The notes: generated from the letters alone by a model not told the origin. Counted from the first letter of the stretch, positions 29,536 through 39,993 are shown. The stretch: DNA of 64,000 nucleotides from Candidatus Latescibacterota bacterium (GCA_965215195.1 CBDCDC010000002.1:2912001-2976000), one strand, 5' to 3'. Numbers and translations are program-made.

Positions 29536-30794
29536 AATGCCTTGCCAAAGCGCTGCGCCACTTCCAAGGCACTGACGACCCCGTCCTCGTGAAAACCAAA
29601 GCCCCAATAGGCCCCGCAGTAGTGGATGCGATCGACCCCGTCGATGCGCGACCGCTGCTTTTGCGCGGCTAGTGAGGCTGGCGAATAGGCCGGGTGGTGA
29701 TAGGTCATGCGGGAGATGATCCGCTCTGGAGCAATATCGCTGGTGCGGTTGAGGCTGACGCAGAAGGGCCAGCGGCTCTTCAGACTCTGGAGGCTGTTCA
29801 TATTGTAGGTGACGGTAGCCGCGCCTCCCTCGTCGGGCGGGATGTAGTAATTCCAGCTAGCCCAAGCGCGCCGGCGCTTGGGCAACACGGACTCGTCAGT
29901 GTGCAGTGCGACCTCGTTGGCCTGATATGGTATGGCCCCCAGAACTTGGCGCTCGGCCGGGGTAGGCTCGGCCAATAGCCGCAGTGCTTGGTCGCTGTGT
30001 ACGGCCAAGATGACCTCGTCGAAGCGCTCGGGCTGTCCAGCTTGGGGATGCACTTCCACGCCTTGGTGCAAACGCCGCACGGAAGCCACGGGGCAATTGA
30101 CTCGAATGCGCTCTCTAAAGGGGCGGATCAGCACCTCGACGTAGCGCTGCGAGCCTCCTTTGATGACGCGCCAAGGCGTCCGCCCGCGCACTTGCAAAAA
30201 GGCGTGGTTGGCGAAAAACTGGACGAAGTAGCGCGCTGGGAACTCGTACATGCGGCCGGGCAAGGCCGACCACAGCGCCGATCCCAATGGGATGATGTGG
30301 TGTTGGACAAAAGCCTTGGAATAGCCATTGTCGGCGAGGTAGTCCCCGAGGGTCGTCGCGTCATTGGGATCGCGCAATAGTTCTGGTGCGGTGCGATTGA
30401 AACGCAGGATATCGGCTAACATGCGGTAGAACGACGGCCGCAGCGCATTGCGCCGCTGGGCCAACAAGCGGCTCAGTGGTGTGCTGGCGTATTCGAGACC
30501 GGTGCGGCCGCACTTGACGCTGAAACTCATTTGGGTCGGCTGAGAAGCCACGCCCAAACGCTGCAATAGGCGATTGAACTGCGGGTAGTTGGGTTCGTTG
30601 AAGACGATAAAGCCCGTATCCACCGCATAGGAGCGCCCCTCCTGTTCCACGTCTAAGGTATGGGTATGGCCGCCTATATAATCGTTGGCTTCAAACAGGG
30701 TAACGCGGTGATCTGGGTGCAGCAGATAGGCTGCCACCAAGCCAGAAATACCGCCTCCTACCACGGCGATATGCCGCCCCTGCGTCGGCTTCAT
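29532..30794 (-). CDS. FAD-dependent oxidoreductase, amine-oxidase-like (UfaD-like)
   Basis: [25 protein letters not shown] and GFGFHEDG motifs. Confidence 0.92.
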   Translation of the reverse strand: MKPTQGRHIAVVGGGISGLVAAYLLHPDHRVTLFEANDYIGGHTHTLDVEQEGRSYAVDTGFIVFNEPNYPQFNRLLQRLGVASQPTQMSFSVKCGRTGLEYASTPLSRLLAQRRNALRPSFYRMLADILRFNRTAPELLRDPNDATTLGDYLADNGYSKAFVQHHIIPLGSALWSALPGRMYEFPARYFVQFFANHAFLQVRGRTPWRVIKGGSQRYVEVLIRPFRERIRVNCPVASVRRLHQGVEVHPQAGQPERFDEVILAVHSDQALRLLAEPTPAERQVLGAIPYQANEVALHTDESVLPKRRRAWASWNYYIPPDEGGAATVTYNMNSLQSLKSRWPFCVSLNRTSDIAPERIISRMTYHHPAYSPASLAAQKQRSRIDGVDRIHYCGAYWGFGFHEDGVVSALEVAQRFGKAL

Positions 30795-31771
30795 GGCCCG
30801 CTGACGGCGCGGTCGTAAACCCGCTCGGGCACTGGCCTGAGATCGCGCACCAGACCGATCCAAGACAGCACTTTGAGCAGGTAATAGGTCGGATCGAACT
30901 CCCACCAGTAAAAACCCTGACGCGCCGCCCCTGGATAATAATGGTGATTGTTGTGCCAGCCCTCGCCCATGGTGATTAGCGCCAGCCAAAAATTATTGCG
31001 GCTGTGATCCCGGGTGGCAAAGCGGCGGCGACCAAAAAGATGGGAGAGCGAATTGATGGTACACGTGCCGTGGAACAGGACGATGGTGGAAATGGAAAAG
31101 CCCCAGACGAGCATCTGCCAGCCGTTGGTCTGCGACGCGGGAAAGCGGCTGCCGCAATACTCCCCCAAGGCGTACATCGCCGCGGCTAGCAAAGCGGGTA
31201 CGATGATGTCGAAACGGTCGAGAAAGCGCAACTCGGGGAAACGGGCTAGGTCGCGCACATTGTATAGGCGAGTGGGGAAATTCGACCGCGAGGTAATCCA
31301 CAGGACGTGGCTCCACCAAAACCCATGCTCTTTGGGCGAATGCACATCGCCGGCGACATCGGAGTGGCGATGGTGGTGGCGGTGGTGCCCGGCCCACCAC
31401 AACGGCCCGCGCTGCACTGCCGTATTGCCCAGCACGGCAAAGAGGAACTGCCCGGCCCGCGAGGTCTTGAATGCGCGGTGCGAAAAGTAGCGGTGGTAAA
31501 ACCCCGTTATGGCGAACATCCGCGCCCAATAGGCCAAGACGGCCACGGCCACGGCTAAGGGGCTCCAACCGACCCACAAAACTCCGAGGCAACTCAAGTG
31601 CAGCGCCGCAAAAGGCAACATGCGCAACCAATCGACCTGCCGCTCGTCTTCGGCGACCGCGGCGATCGCGGCGTCATCGCCCTTAAACCAGCGCAGGAAA
31701 GCTAGCCGCCAGCCTTTGAGTGGCCGCGTTTGGCCCTCGACTACCTGATTTCCATCTGTCAATTGTCTCAC
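30791..31771 (-). CDS. Acyl-CoA (delta-9-type) fatty acid desaturase
   Basis: His boxes HRYFSH, HRHHH and GEGWHNNHH. Confidence 0.93.
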   Translation of the reverse strand: MRQLTDGNQVVEGQTRPLKGWRLAFLRWFKGDDAAIAAVAEDERQVDWLRMLPFAALHLSCLGVLWVGWSPLAVAVAVLAYWARMFAITGFYHRYFSHRAFKTSRAGQFLFAVLGNTAVQRGPLWWAGHHRHHHRHSDVAGDVHSPKEHGFWWSHVLWITSRSNFPTRLYNVRDLARFPELRFLDRFDIIVPALLAAAMYALGEYCGSRFPASQTNGWQMLVWGFSISTIVLFHGTCTINSLSHLFGRRRFATRDHSRNNFWLALITMGEGWHNNHHYYPGAARQGFYWWEFDPTYYLLKVLSWIGLVRDLRPVPERVYDRAVSGP

Positions 31772-32721
31772 CTTTGGGTCGGTATGGTCTCTTGGCGCAA
31801 GAGACTCAAGGAATCGCGCAAATCATTCAGGTTGGCTAGGGTAACGACCTTGGCTTGGTTGAGAAAAGGCCGGTAATGCTGGGCGGCCCGGCCACCGACC
31901 AACAGGGCAATATCGTCGCTCAGCAGACGGCGCAATTTGGTCAACTCTCCGCCGAGATGGGGATCGTCGCCCGGATAGATGATGCTGAGGAGGACGGCCT
32001 TGGCACCCTTTTGCGCGGCCGCTCTGGCGATCTCTTCGGCCGGTAGGTTGGGTCCCAGAAACGTTGAGTTCCAGCCTTCGGCTGTGGCCACGACCGCAGC
32101 GAGCAAGGCACCAATCTCGTGCAATTGCCCCGCTGGCGTACTCGCGACCACGTGGGGAGCGGCTTCCGATATTTGGAAACTGGCCCGCATATTGCCGATA
32201 AAGCTGCGCACCACGGCCGAAGCCATGTGTTCGTCGGCCACCCGCAAAGTGCCCTCCTGCCACATCTGGCCGACGCGCTCCATCAGCGGCTGGATTACTT
32301 CTTGAAAAAGATGCCGTTGGCTCAATGCTATGGAGGCGCGAACCAATTGCTCTTCGAGCAAGACCGCGTCCAGCGCTTGCACTGCGACTAAGGCTCGTTC
32401 GAGGAATTCGCCGGCGTCTTTTTCCGCGCCCTCTCCAGCGGTCGGCCTCGGAGGCAACGGCGCCGCTGCTTGCTCGGCGCGGACCAGCTTCACCAGCTCG
32501 GGCGTGGGGAGACGGGCGATGCGGCCAATGCTCTGTCCGGCTTGCACCGCCTGCTGCAACCACTGCAGGCGCGCGATGTCCTCGTCCGAATAAAGCCGTC
32601 TGTTGGTCGCCGTCCGGGCGGGCACCACGGCTTGATAGCGCTTTTCCCAGACGCGGATGACATGGGCCGAAAGCCCGGTCCGCCGCACTACTACTTTGAT
32701 ATAATGTCCCGGCGTCTCCAT
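31768..32721 (-). CDS. MerR-family cobalamin-binding regulator (CarH/LitR-like photoreceptor)
   Basis: MerR HTH (IRVWEKRY, RRLYS), W-x9-EH motif, B12-binding HEIG..FLGPNLP. Confidence 0.9.
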   Translation of the reverse strand: METPGHYIKVVVRRTGLSAHVIRVWEKRYQAVVPARTATNRRLYSDEDIARLQWLQQAVQAGQSIGRIARLPTPELVKLVRAEQAAAPLPPRPTAGEGAEKDAGEFLERALVAVQALDAVLLEEQLVRASIALSQRHLFQEVIQPLMERVGQMWQEGTLRVADEHMASAVVRSFIGNMRASFQISEAAPHVVASTPAGQLHEIGALLAAVVATAEGWNSTFLGPNLPAEEIARAAAQKGAKAVLLSIIYPGDDPHLGGELTKLRRLLSDDIALLVGGRAAQHYRPFLNQAKVVTLANLNDLRDSLSLLRQETIPTQR

Positions 32722-32775
32722 GGTACAGCAAACAAGCGATTTCTGCCCATCGCCACAATTTTCCGCGTACTCGTT

Positions 32776-32809
32776 GCAAAAAAGCCGCAGCAAGCTGCGG
32801 CTTTTTTGC
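32776..32809. terminator. Bidirectional intrinsic terminator after the fasciclin gene
   Basis: Perfect 16-bp inverted repeat GCAAAAAAGCCGCAGC-aa-GCTGCGGCTTTTTTGC. Confidence 0.88.
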
Positions 32810-32825
32810 GCCGGAGTTTAGTGGC

Positions 32826-33365
32826 TTAGCGAGCCTGCTGCTTGACCATGCCCCAAGTACTGCTCTCGACAGCGGTAGCAATTGGAGGCAGGAGCACCGC
32901 ATCAATGATGTGGATTACCCCATTACTGGCGGCCACGTCAGCTTGGACGACATTGGCATTGTTGATCAGCACGCCGCTGTCGCTAACGCTGATATTGATC
33001 GAAGCACCATTGAGGGTGGCAGCCGAATCCAGTCCCACTACGTCGGCGGCCAAGACCGAGCCGGAGACGACGTGATAGAGCAGGATCGAGATCAGCAGTT
33101 CCTTATTCTCGGGCAACAGCAGCGATTCGACGGTGCCCTCTGGCAAAGCGGCGAAGGCTTCGTCAGTGGGGGCAAAGACCGTGAAGGGGCCTTCCCCCTT
33201 GAGCACGTCGACTAGTTCCGCAGCCTGAACCGCGGCGACTAGCGTGTTAAAAGTGCCAGCCCCGATGGCAACACCGACGATATCCTCGTCGTCTTGGGCT
33301 TGAGCTGGGCCTGCCCAAAGCGAAAGTGCCAGCGCCATGAGCGTGGCAATACGGGCGATGTTCAT
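32826..33365 (-). CDS. Secreted fasciclin (FAS1) domain protein with C-terminal TWG..K tag
   Basis: Signal peptide; [19 protein letters not shown] and [11 protein letters not shown] motifs. Confidence 0.95.
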   Translation of the reverse strand: MNIARIATLMALALSLWAGPAQAQDDEDIVGVAIGAGTFNTLVAAVQAAELVDVLKGEGPFTVFAPTDEAFAALPEGTVESLLLPENKELLISILLYHVVSGSVLAADVVGLDSAATLNGASINISVSDSGVLINNANVVQADVAASNGVIHIIDAVLLPPIATAVESSTWGMVKQQAR

Positions 33366-33413
33366 GCGATTTCTCCTATCGTAAAGGTGTATGGAGCCGC
33401 TTCCGGCACCCAT

Positions 33414-33486
33414 TGTCTATTAAAGTGTAAGAATATGTCTATTATTTGTCAACATATATTTTAATTTTTTAGACAAAATTTTGACA
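33414..33486 (-). promoter_or_regulatory. Sigma70 promoter TTGACA-N17-TACACT overlapped by a CarH-type operator (11-bp-phased TnnACA repeats)
   Basis: Minus-strand T(T/A)GACA at 33452, 33441 and 33419; opposite-strand pair at 33470 and 33481. Confidence 0.8.
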
Positions 33487-33598
33487 ATCGTTAATCCGCG
33501 ATATGGTCGCAGAGGCTTTTGGTGCGGGCGATCAGCCTGCTACAACCTGGGAATAGAGGTCGGCGGTAGGATGAGTTTGCCGACGTTGGCTCTCGCTG

Positions 33599-35800
33599 CT
33601 AAAAAGCAAAGTTGAAGCCCAGCGTGGGAATTATGGGCAGTTGTTTGATCTTTTGCGGATCGACTGCGGGTTCGAGCGAATCGAGCTGCACAAACCACTC
33701 GTTGCGGCGGCTGTACACATTGAATATCTGCACGTAAAATTCGCTGTCGGCTCCCCACAACTCGAACGAGCGGCTGATGCTGGCGTCGAGGCGGTGATAG
33801 GGCAGTAGGCGGGCGCTGTTGCGCTGGGCAGGGGACGCAGAGCGTGGCGTAAATGCCTGCCCGGTGGCGTACGCCAAGTTCGCGCCGAGCCGCCATGCGC
33901 CCAGCTCGTAGGAGGCGACAAAAGACAGGTCGTGGCGGCGGTCGTGCTTGGGGGGAAAGGACTGGCCGGCATTGAGTTCGGGGAAGGTGCGCCGCGTCCA
34001 ACCGAGCGCGTAGCCGACCCAGCCGGTGAGTGGGCCGGTGCGCCGCTGTAAAAAGACCTCAACCCCGCTGGCCCAGCCCGTGCCGCCGCTTATGAACACC
34101 GCGTCTGAATGCGTGGCGTCGTTGTCATCAGGTAGTTCGGTATCCACGGTCACTAGGTTGGCGAGGTCCGCGTAATAGGCCTGCGCGGAAAGCAGGTAGC
34201 GCGGCGAAGGGGTCCACTCAATGCCGGTGACGGCCTGATAGGAGCGCCCCGGCTCGACAGTGCTGTCGAGCGGCACCCAGAAATCGCCGCCGCTGAAGGC
34301 TTCGGTGGTGATCAGTTGCAGGTGTTGGCGATACACCCCGCCCGCAGCTTTGACCCGTACTTTGTCGCTCAACCCTTGGCTCAGGGCTAGGCGCGGGGCG
34401 AAATGCCAGCGATCTCCTGTGCTGAAGTACGTCCCCCGCCCGCCTAGCTGCACCCGCGTGGTCGGCCCCGGCTGCCACTGGTCCTGCACGTAGCCTTCCA
34501 ACATCACCGACTCTTGGCGCAAGTCGAGCTGAGTCCGCTCGTTGAAAGACCGGGCAAAGTGAAATTCAAAGAGGGTGGCCAAGAAGCCCAGAGAAAGCGC
34601 GTGATCGCGGTTGGCGAAGTAATCCACGTCGCCTTTGAGCGACCAATCGCGGATGCTATTGGCGATGCGGACGGGCGCGTCGAGGAAACGGAGCGCGATG
34701 ATGCTTTCGGACGACGAGCCAGCGGCCATGAGGTGACCAAACAGGGCCGGCGCGAACACGCGCGTCCAGTGCGCTGTCAGGGCGCGGTTGCCCCAGCCCA
34801 GATCGACGAAAGACTCTTCGTCGTCTTCTAGGTTGAGCCTTAGGTCGTCTTGGCTGCAGTACGCGCTCACCGCAAAGGTGTCGTCGCCCCACCGCTGGTT
34901 GACTTTGCCGTTGAAGTCGTAGAAGTAGTAGTTCAAGGGGATGTCCACCCCACGGGAGCGAATGGCGCTGAGCACGGGTTCCAAGTAGGTGCGGCGGCCG
35001 GCCAGCATCCACGACCCTTGTCCGACGGGTCCCTCGGTGAGCAAGCGGCCTGAAATTAGACTCGCGCCGCCGCGCCCGCTAGTTCGCTTGCGGTTGCCCT
35101 CGCGGTTGCTCACGTTGAGCACCGCCCCGAGCGCGCGACCATACGCGGCCGGGTAGGCTCCCTTGTACAGATCGACCTCCTTAATGGCGTCTGGATTAAA
35201 GGTCGAGAAGAGGCCGAAGAGATGGGAAGGATTGTACAGGGGGATGTCGTCGAGGAGGATGGCCGTCTGCTCGGGAGCGCTGCCGCGCACGTACAAGCCG
35301 CTGCTGATATCCGAAACCGCTTGGATGCCCGGCAGCAGCTGTAAGCCGCGCAAGAGATCGGCCTCGCCGAGGGCGGGCATTTGCTGCACCGGCTTGGCGC
35401 GGAGGCTGATGCGCTCGGCCTCCACCGAGACCTGTGCCGGCTTGGGCACCAGCGCCAAGCTGAGCCGCACGGCCTCGTCGGCACCAAAGCGCAGGGTGTC
35501 CCACCGGGTCTGGTAGCTTGGGTGCGCCGCGCTCACCACGTGCGTACCAGCCGGTACTTGCACGACCGCGTAGTAGCCGCTGTTGTTGCTGACCGCCCCG
35601 AGTTGAAGTCCTTCGACCGAGACAGTGGCGCGGGTCAGGGCTTCGCCGTTGTCGGCATCGGTGACAAAGCCGCTCAGGGTTGCCGCCTGTGCTGTCCCTA
35701 CCGACAGCAGCCACGCCGCCAGCACTCGCCTACATTTTTTTTGCAAACTCACCTGTTTGTTGTCTCGCGTCGAGTGGCCCCCGCGCTGGGGACTAATCAC
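33599..35800 (-). CDS. TonB-dependent receptor, close paralogue of 23328-25586 (start uncertain)
   Basis: Same motifs with long identical stretches; ends PTLGFNFAF. Confidence 0.9.
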   Translation of the reverse strand: MISPQRGGHSTRDNKQVSLQKKCRRVLAAWLLSVGTAQAATLSGFVTDADNGEALTRATVSVEGLQLGAVSNNSGYYAVVQVPAGTHVVSAAHPSYQTRWDTLRFGADEAVRLSLALVPKPAQVSVEAERISLRAKPVQQMPALGEADLLRGLQLLPGIQAVSDISSGLYVRGSAPEQTAILLDDIPLYNPSHLFGLFSTFNPDAIKEVDLYKGAYPAAYGRALGAVLNVSNREGNRKRTSGRGGASLISGRLLTEGPVGQGSWMLAGRRTYLEPVLSAIRSRGVDIPLNYYFYDFNGKVNQRWGDDTFAVSAYCSQDDLRLNLEDDEESFVDLGWGNRALTAHWTRVFAPALFGHLMAAGSSSESIIALRFLDAPVRIANSIRDWSLKGDVDYFANRDHALSLGFLATLFEFHFARSFNERTQLDLRQESVMLEGYVQDQWQPGPTTRVQLGGRGTYFSTGDRWHFAPRLALSQGLSDKVRVKAAGGVYRQHLQLITTEAFSGGDFWVPLDSTVEPGRSYQAVTGIEWTPSPRYLLSAQAYYADLANLVTVDTELPDDNDATHSDAVFISGGTGWASGVEVFLQRRTGPLTGWVGYALGWTRRTFPELNAGQSFPPKHDRRHDLSFVASYELGAWRLGANLAYATGQAFTPRSASPAQRNSARLLPYHRLDASISRSFELWGADSEFYVQIFNVYSRRNEWFVQLDSLEPAVDPQKIKQLPIIPTLGFNFAF

Positions 35801-35968
35801 TACCCTAACTTAGAAGCCCTAACAAAACTGGATGTGGTGCCGAAACATATCGAGATATGGCGCGAGTTGCACCCTTGCAACGCGCCCAAATCGGCCGCGC
35901 CCTATGCCTGTCTCTTGGGACTTCGTATCTTCAGGGCCTTGCCACTACTACATACAAAGGACGGATCC

Positions 35969-37303
35969 ATGAGCACCGACCGCATTTTCCACCGCGTCAT
36001 TACCGACAACTGGCCGCAGATTTCCCACGGCAAAGACTGCTATCTCTACGCCGAAGACGGCCGCGCCTATCTCGATGCTTGCGCTGGCGTCCACGTGGTC
36101 TCCATCGGCCACGGCGTCCCGGAGATAGCTGCGGTCATGCAGGAGCAGGCCAACAAGGTCTGCTTTACCTACGCCCGCTTCCTCACCCAACCGCAAATCG
36201 ACCTCGCCGCCAAAATCGCCGCCATGGCTCCCGGCGACCTCAACCGGGTCTTCTTCGTCTCCGGCGGCTCCGAAGCTACGGAGGCCGCGCTCAAAATTGC
36301 CCGCAAGTACCACGTCGAGACCGGCAACCCGAAGAAGTACAAGGTCATCACTCGCTGGCAGAGCTGGCACGGCAACACCATCGGCGCGCTTTCCATGTCG
36401 GGCCGCTCCACTTGGCGCGAAGACTACGTGCCCTACCTGCTCGACTTCCCGCACATCGCCTTCCCCCACCCGGCTCACTGCCCGTACTGCCGTGACCGAC
36501 CCGCCTGTACGCTGGCCTGCGCCGAAGAGTTGGAAAGGGTTATCAAACAGGAGGGCAGCGAGTACATTGCCGCGTTCATCGCCGAGCCGATCTCGGGCAC
36601 TTCTTGCTGCGGCCTGATGCCGCCGCGCGATTACTTCCCCACCATCCGCGCGATCTGCGACCGCTACAACATCTTGCTGATCATCGACGAAGTAGTAACC
36701 GCCTACGGCCGCACGGGTCTCAACTTCGGCATTGAGCACTGGGACGCCATCCCAGACATCATAGCCACCGGCAAGGGCCTCGCCAGCGGGTACACGCCCA
36801 TTGCCGCCACCTTGGTCCGCGACGAGATCTACGACGGGATCTACAAAAAGCAAAATCACTACGTCCACGGGCACACCTACGGCGGCAATCCGCTCTCCTG
36901 CGCCGTTGCCCTCGCCGTGCAGGACTACATTGAGGACCACGACTTAGTCGCTCGCTGCGCCCAGATGGGCGACCTGATGCTGGAGAAGATGCAGCCCTTA
37001 ATGGACTCGCCCATAGTCAGCGCGGTGCGCGGCAAGGGCCTGCTCATCGGCGTGGAGTTTGCAAAGGCAAAGGCGACCCACACCCCCTTCGACCCGGCTC
37101 AGGGCGTGTCGGCCGCGGTGGTCAATCGCGCCTTTGCCAAAGGCGTGCTCATCATGCCCGGGTCGCCTGGGTTGATCGACGGCGTCAGTGGCGATCACAT
37201 TGCCATCAGCCCGCCCTTTACCATTAGCGAAGAGCAGGTCGAGGAGGTGGTGCAGGTGATCGCGGATGTGGTGGGAGAAATGGAGCGGGAGTTGGGATAC
37301 TGA
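35969..37303 (+). CDS. Class III PLP-dependent aminotransferase
   Basis: FVSGGSEATE, SWHGNT, IIDEVVTAYGRTG, GKGLASGY and HGHTYGGNP motifs. Confidence 0.93.
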   Translation: MSTDRIFHRVITDNWPQISHGKDCYLYAEDGRAYLDACAGVHVVSIGHGVPEIAAVMQEQANKVCFTYARFLTQPQIDLAAKIAAMAPGDLNRVFFVSGGSEATEAALKIARKYHVETGNPKKYKVITRWQSWHGNTIGALSMSGRSTWREDYVPYLLDFPHIAFPHPAHCPYCRDRPACTLACAEELERVIKQEGSEYIAAFIAEPISGTSCCGLMPPRDYFPTIRAICDRYNILLIIDEVVTAYGRTGLNFGIEHWDAIPDIIATGKGLASGYTPIAATLVRDEIYDGIYKKQNHYVHGHTYGGNPLSCAVALAVQDYIEDHDLVARCAQMGDLMLEKMQPLMDSPIVSAVRGKGLLIGVEFAKAKATHTPFDPAQGVSAAVVNRAFAKGVLIMPGSPGLIDGVSGDHIAISPPFTISEEQVEEVVQVIADVVGEMERELGY

Positions 37304-37349
37304 GATAGAGAGAATGTCGCGCATACATTCCCCATAGAGGAGGATTACC

Positions 37350-38432
37350 ATGAAACTCGGCACCTTTATGATGCCCTTGCATCCGCCGGAAAAAGACCGC
37401 ACTGAATGTTTTGCCGAGGACGTCGAGTTCGTCGTCCGCGCCGACCAGCTCGGCTTCACCGAGGCTTGGATCGGCCAGCATCACACGGTCGCGTGGGAGC
37501 CGATTCCGTCCAACGACCTCTTCATCGCCCACGTTCTGCCCCTGACGCAAAATATCCGCTTGGGCACGGGCGTCTCCATCATGCCGCAGCACCACCCGGT
37601 CAATGTCGCGGTGCGGCTGGCCTTTCTCGACCACCTATCCAAGGGCCGCTTCAACTGCGGCTTTGGCCAGGGTGGCGTCGCTACCGACTGGGGCCTTTTT
37701 GACCTGCCCGATCCCAAGACGCAAGGGCTGATGACCGTCGAGAGCATCGACATGGTTCTCAAGCTCTGGCAGGCCGAGGCCCCGTTTGATTTTGCCGGGG
37801 ATTTTTACCGCATCAAAATTGAGGATCCACAGCCAGAACTCGGCATCGGCCAACTGCTCAAGCCCTACCAGCAGCCGCACCCGCCCATTGGCATGAGCGT
37901 GATAAGAGGCGACTCCATGGCCGCGACCATGGCCGGCCAGCGGGGCTATCTGCCCATCAGCACCAATCTCGTCGCTGCTGCGACTTTGACCCAGCACTGG
38001 CAGACCTACAGCGCCGGGGCCACCGCGGCCGGTCTGCCCGCGCCCGAGCGCACCCGCTGGCGCATTTCGCGCAGCATCCTCGTGGCCGACGAAGAAGCGT
38101 GCGCTTGGGACTACGCCCTCGACGAAAAGAGTGCTTTCAACCGCGCCTTTGAATACCTGATTGCCGTACTCAGCGATGCCAAAATGCTCCACATTACAAA
38201 GCACGACCCGGACGTTCCCGACGAGCAGGTCACGCCCGAGTATTTGATCCGCAACCTGTGCATAATCGGCGACGTGCAGTCGTGCGCCGATCAGCTAGCG
38301 GGCTTGTGGGAGACGACCGGCGGCTTTGACACGCTGCTGATGATCGCCCACGACTGGGACGACCGGCCGCTATGGGAGCGCTCGATGGACCTGCTCGCCA
38401 ACGAGGTGGTGCCGCAATTGCCGTCGGTATAG
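37350..38432 (+). CDS. LLM-class flavin-dependent oxidoreductase
   Basis: ADQLGFTEAWIGQHH, IRLGTGV, LDHLSKGR and KPYQQPHPP motifs. Confidence 0.92.
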   Translation: MKLGTFMMPLHPPEKDRTECFAEDVEFVVRADQLGFTEAWIGQHHTVAWEPIPSNDLFIAHVLPLTQNIRLGTGVSIMPQHHPVNVAVRLAFLDHLSKGRFNCGFGQGGVATDWGLFDLPDPKTQGLMTVESIDMVLKLWQAEAPFDFAGDFYRIKIEDPQPELGIGQLLKPYQQPHPPIGMSVIRGDSMAATMAGQRGYLPISTNLVAAATLTQHWQTYSAGATAAGLPAPERTRWRISRSILVADEEACAWDYALDEKSAFNRAFEYLIAVLSDAKMLHITKHDPDVPDEQVTPEYLIRNLCIIGDVQSCADQLAGLWETTGGFDTLLMIAHDWDDRPLWERSMDLLANEVVPQLPSV

Positions 38433-38510
38433 GGAAGGCGATTTTGGACTGCCTTGGGGAGGCAAATTCCCCGTAAGCTCATAATTGCATAGAAGGCTTG
38501 AGGCGACAAT

Positions 38511-39104
38511 ATGCCCGAAACGATCCTCGACAGATGGGATATGACCCCAGAAGAGCTTACGAAGCTAGTAGAGGACAACCCTAGTCTCCGCGGCATGATT
38601 CTGGGGTACTTGGCAGAACTCAAGCTCGAAAAGCTCTGGCTGTCGGGCGACAGCGTTTCAGAAGTTATCAAGCACGATGACCACAATAAAAAAAAGAAGG
38701 GCGACCGAGTTATCCGGTACAAGGGCCAAGAGTTCATCTTTGAATCGAAGTCGCTACAGAGCGCGATGATCGAGAAGACCCAAGAAGGATGGAAGGGAAA
38801 GGCCCAAGTTGATGCAAGTGATCGCCGCGAGGTAGTGCTTCCAGACAACAGCCGCGTAACGACAACGTGTCTGCTAAAGGGGGAGTTCGATATTCTCGCG
38901 GTCAACGTGTTTGCGTTTGGAGAGAAGTGGCGGTTTGTCTTCGCCAAGAACTCTGATCTTCCCACGTCAAGTTATCGGAAGTATAGCCCATATCAACGCC
39001 AGCACCTTTTGGCGACCCTTGTAACCGTCCACTGGCCCCCGAGACCGCCATTCAGGGACGAGCCTTTCACGCTTATGAATGAGATCGTTCAGAAGCGCAT
39101 CTGA
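38511..39104 (+). CDS. Putative type II restriction endonuclease (PD-(D/E)XK)
   Basis: GYLAE..GD..ESKS catalytic-like pattern and GEFDILAV; adjacent MTase. Confidence 0.7.
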   Translation: MPETILDRWDMTPEELTKLVEDNPSLRGMILGYLAELKLEKLWLSGDSVSEVIKHDDHNKKKKGDRVIRYKGQEFIFESKSLQSAMIEKTQEGWKGKAQVDASDRREVVLPDNSRVTTTCLLKGEFDILAVNVFAFGEKWRFVFAKNSDLPTSSYRKYSPYQRQHLLATLVTVHWPPRPPFRDEPFTLMNEIVQKRI

Positions 39105-39847
39105 TCCGCGGTTTTTCCTTTGGGGACTTTTACGAATACAAGGAAATAGGAATGGTTCTTTCTTGCGTGGACCTGTTTGAGAACGCGGCTCATTCCAGGC
39201 TTGTTTGGGCGAACGACGACGAATAGGTCTTTGCAGAAGAATCCGAGCGCGGCGTAGGCGTTGATGATCTCAACGTGGGTCAGGTTCTGGCGGTTCGCAC
39301 TGACCTCATCTTGACACTTTACGATCAACACGCCGCGATCGCGCAGCACTCGATGGGCCTCGCGACCGCTGTCCTCATAGAGTTCTACAACCGCAGCGTG
39401 CCACTTCCCGCCGCCGCGCCTCGGTGCCTCATGTCCGTTGGAATAGTGATCTCGAAACGCGTTGTGCGTCCCCGCGCCTGCTTTGATCGCGTTTCCGCTG
39501 CGGAAGAACCCTTCCATGTAGGGCGGATCGAGGACGAGCGCATCGAATGACTCACTTTCGTACGGGAGATTGCGACAGTCTGTGCCGTCCGCGATATCTG
39601 AGGGATGCAAGTCGTATTTTGAAGTGTCGACGTTGCGCCAGAAGACACCCTTGCCAAATGTCACATCGGCAATTTTGGCACCTTCCTCAATGTGCAGCCT
39701 TAAAACAGCCGGGAACACATCCGCGTTATTTCCGACGTGAGCGGAGAAGACGAGGTTTGTAGTGGCGTTTCCATCTGGGCTTTTGCGGCCAGATGGCGTC
39801 CTGCTCTCGCTCGTGCCAAGGTCGAGTTCTGACTGAATCGCGTTCAT
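39089..39847 (-). CDS. DNA amino-methyltransferase (N6-A/N4-C)
   Basis: ADVTFGKG motif-I variant and LDPPY. Confidence 0.8.
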   Translation of the reverse strand: MNAIQSELDLGTSESRTPSGRKSPDGNATTNLVFSAHVGNNADVFPAVLRLHIEEGAKIADVTFGKGVFWRNVDTSKYDLHPSDIADGTDCRNLPYESESFDALVLDPPYMEGFFRSGNAIKAGAGTHNAFRDHYSNGHEAPRRGGGKWHAAVVELYEDSGREAHRVLRDRGVLIVKCQDEVSANRQNLTHVEIINAYAALGFFCKDLFVVVRPNKPGMSRVLKQVHARKNHSYFLVFVKVPKGKTADQMRF

Positions 39848-39993
39848 ATACTTTTTCTCACTTCACTTTGTTGGGCAGGCCAATTCCCACAGTCTCCTAA
39901 TTGACACATTAGGTTGCGTTGGCAGTAGAAGGACTTAAAGGATGAATCCGAAGCTAGCGGAACCCAAAAACCCTGTCAACGCCTAAGAGGCTT

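Noticed and set aside
35810-35945. Hairpin GGCGCG..GTTGCA-ccct-TGCAAC-GCGCC in the divergent intergenic region as a riboswitch
   Set aside because: No recognisable aptamer consensus; could be a MITE remnant, but no TSD or second copy was found.
35381-35968. 196-aa N-terminal extension of the aminotransferase ORF
   Set aside because: Mostly antisense to the TonB gene; homology and an AAGGA SD point to ATG 35969.
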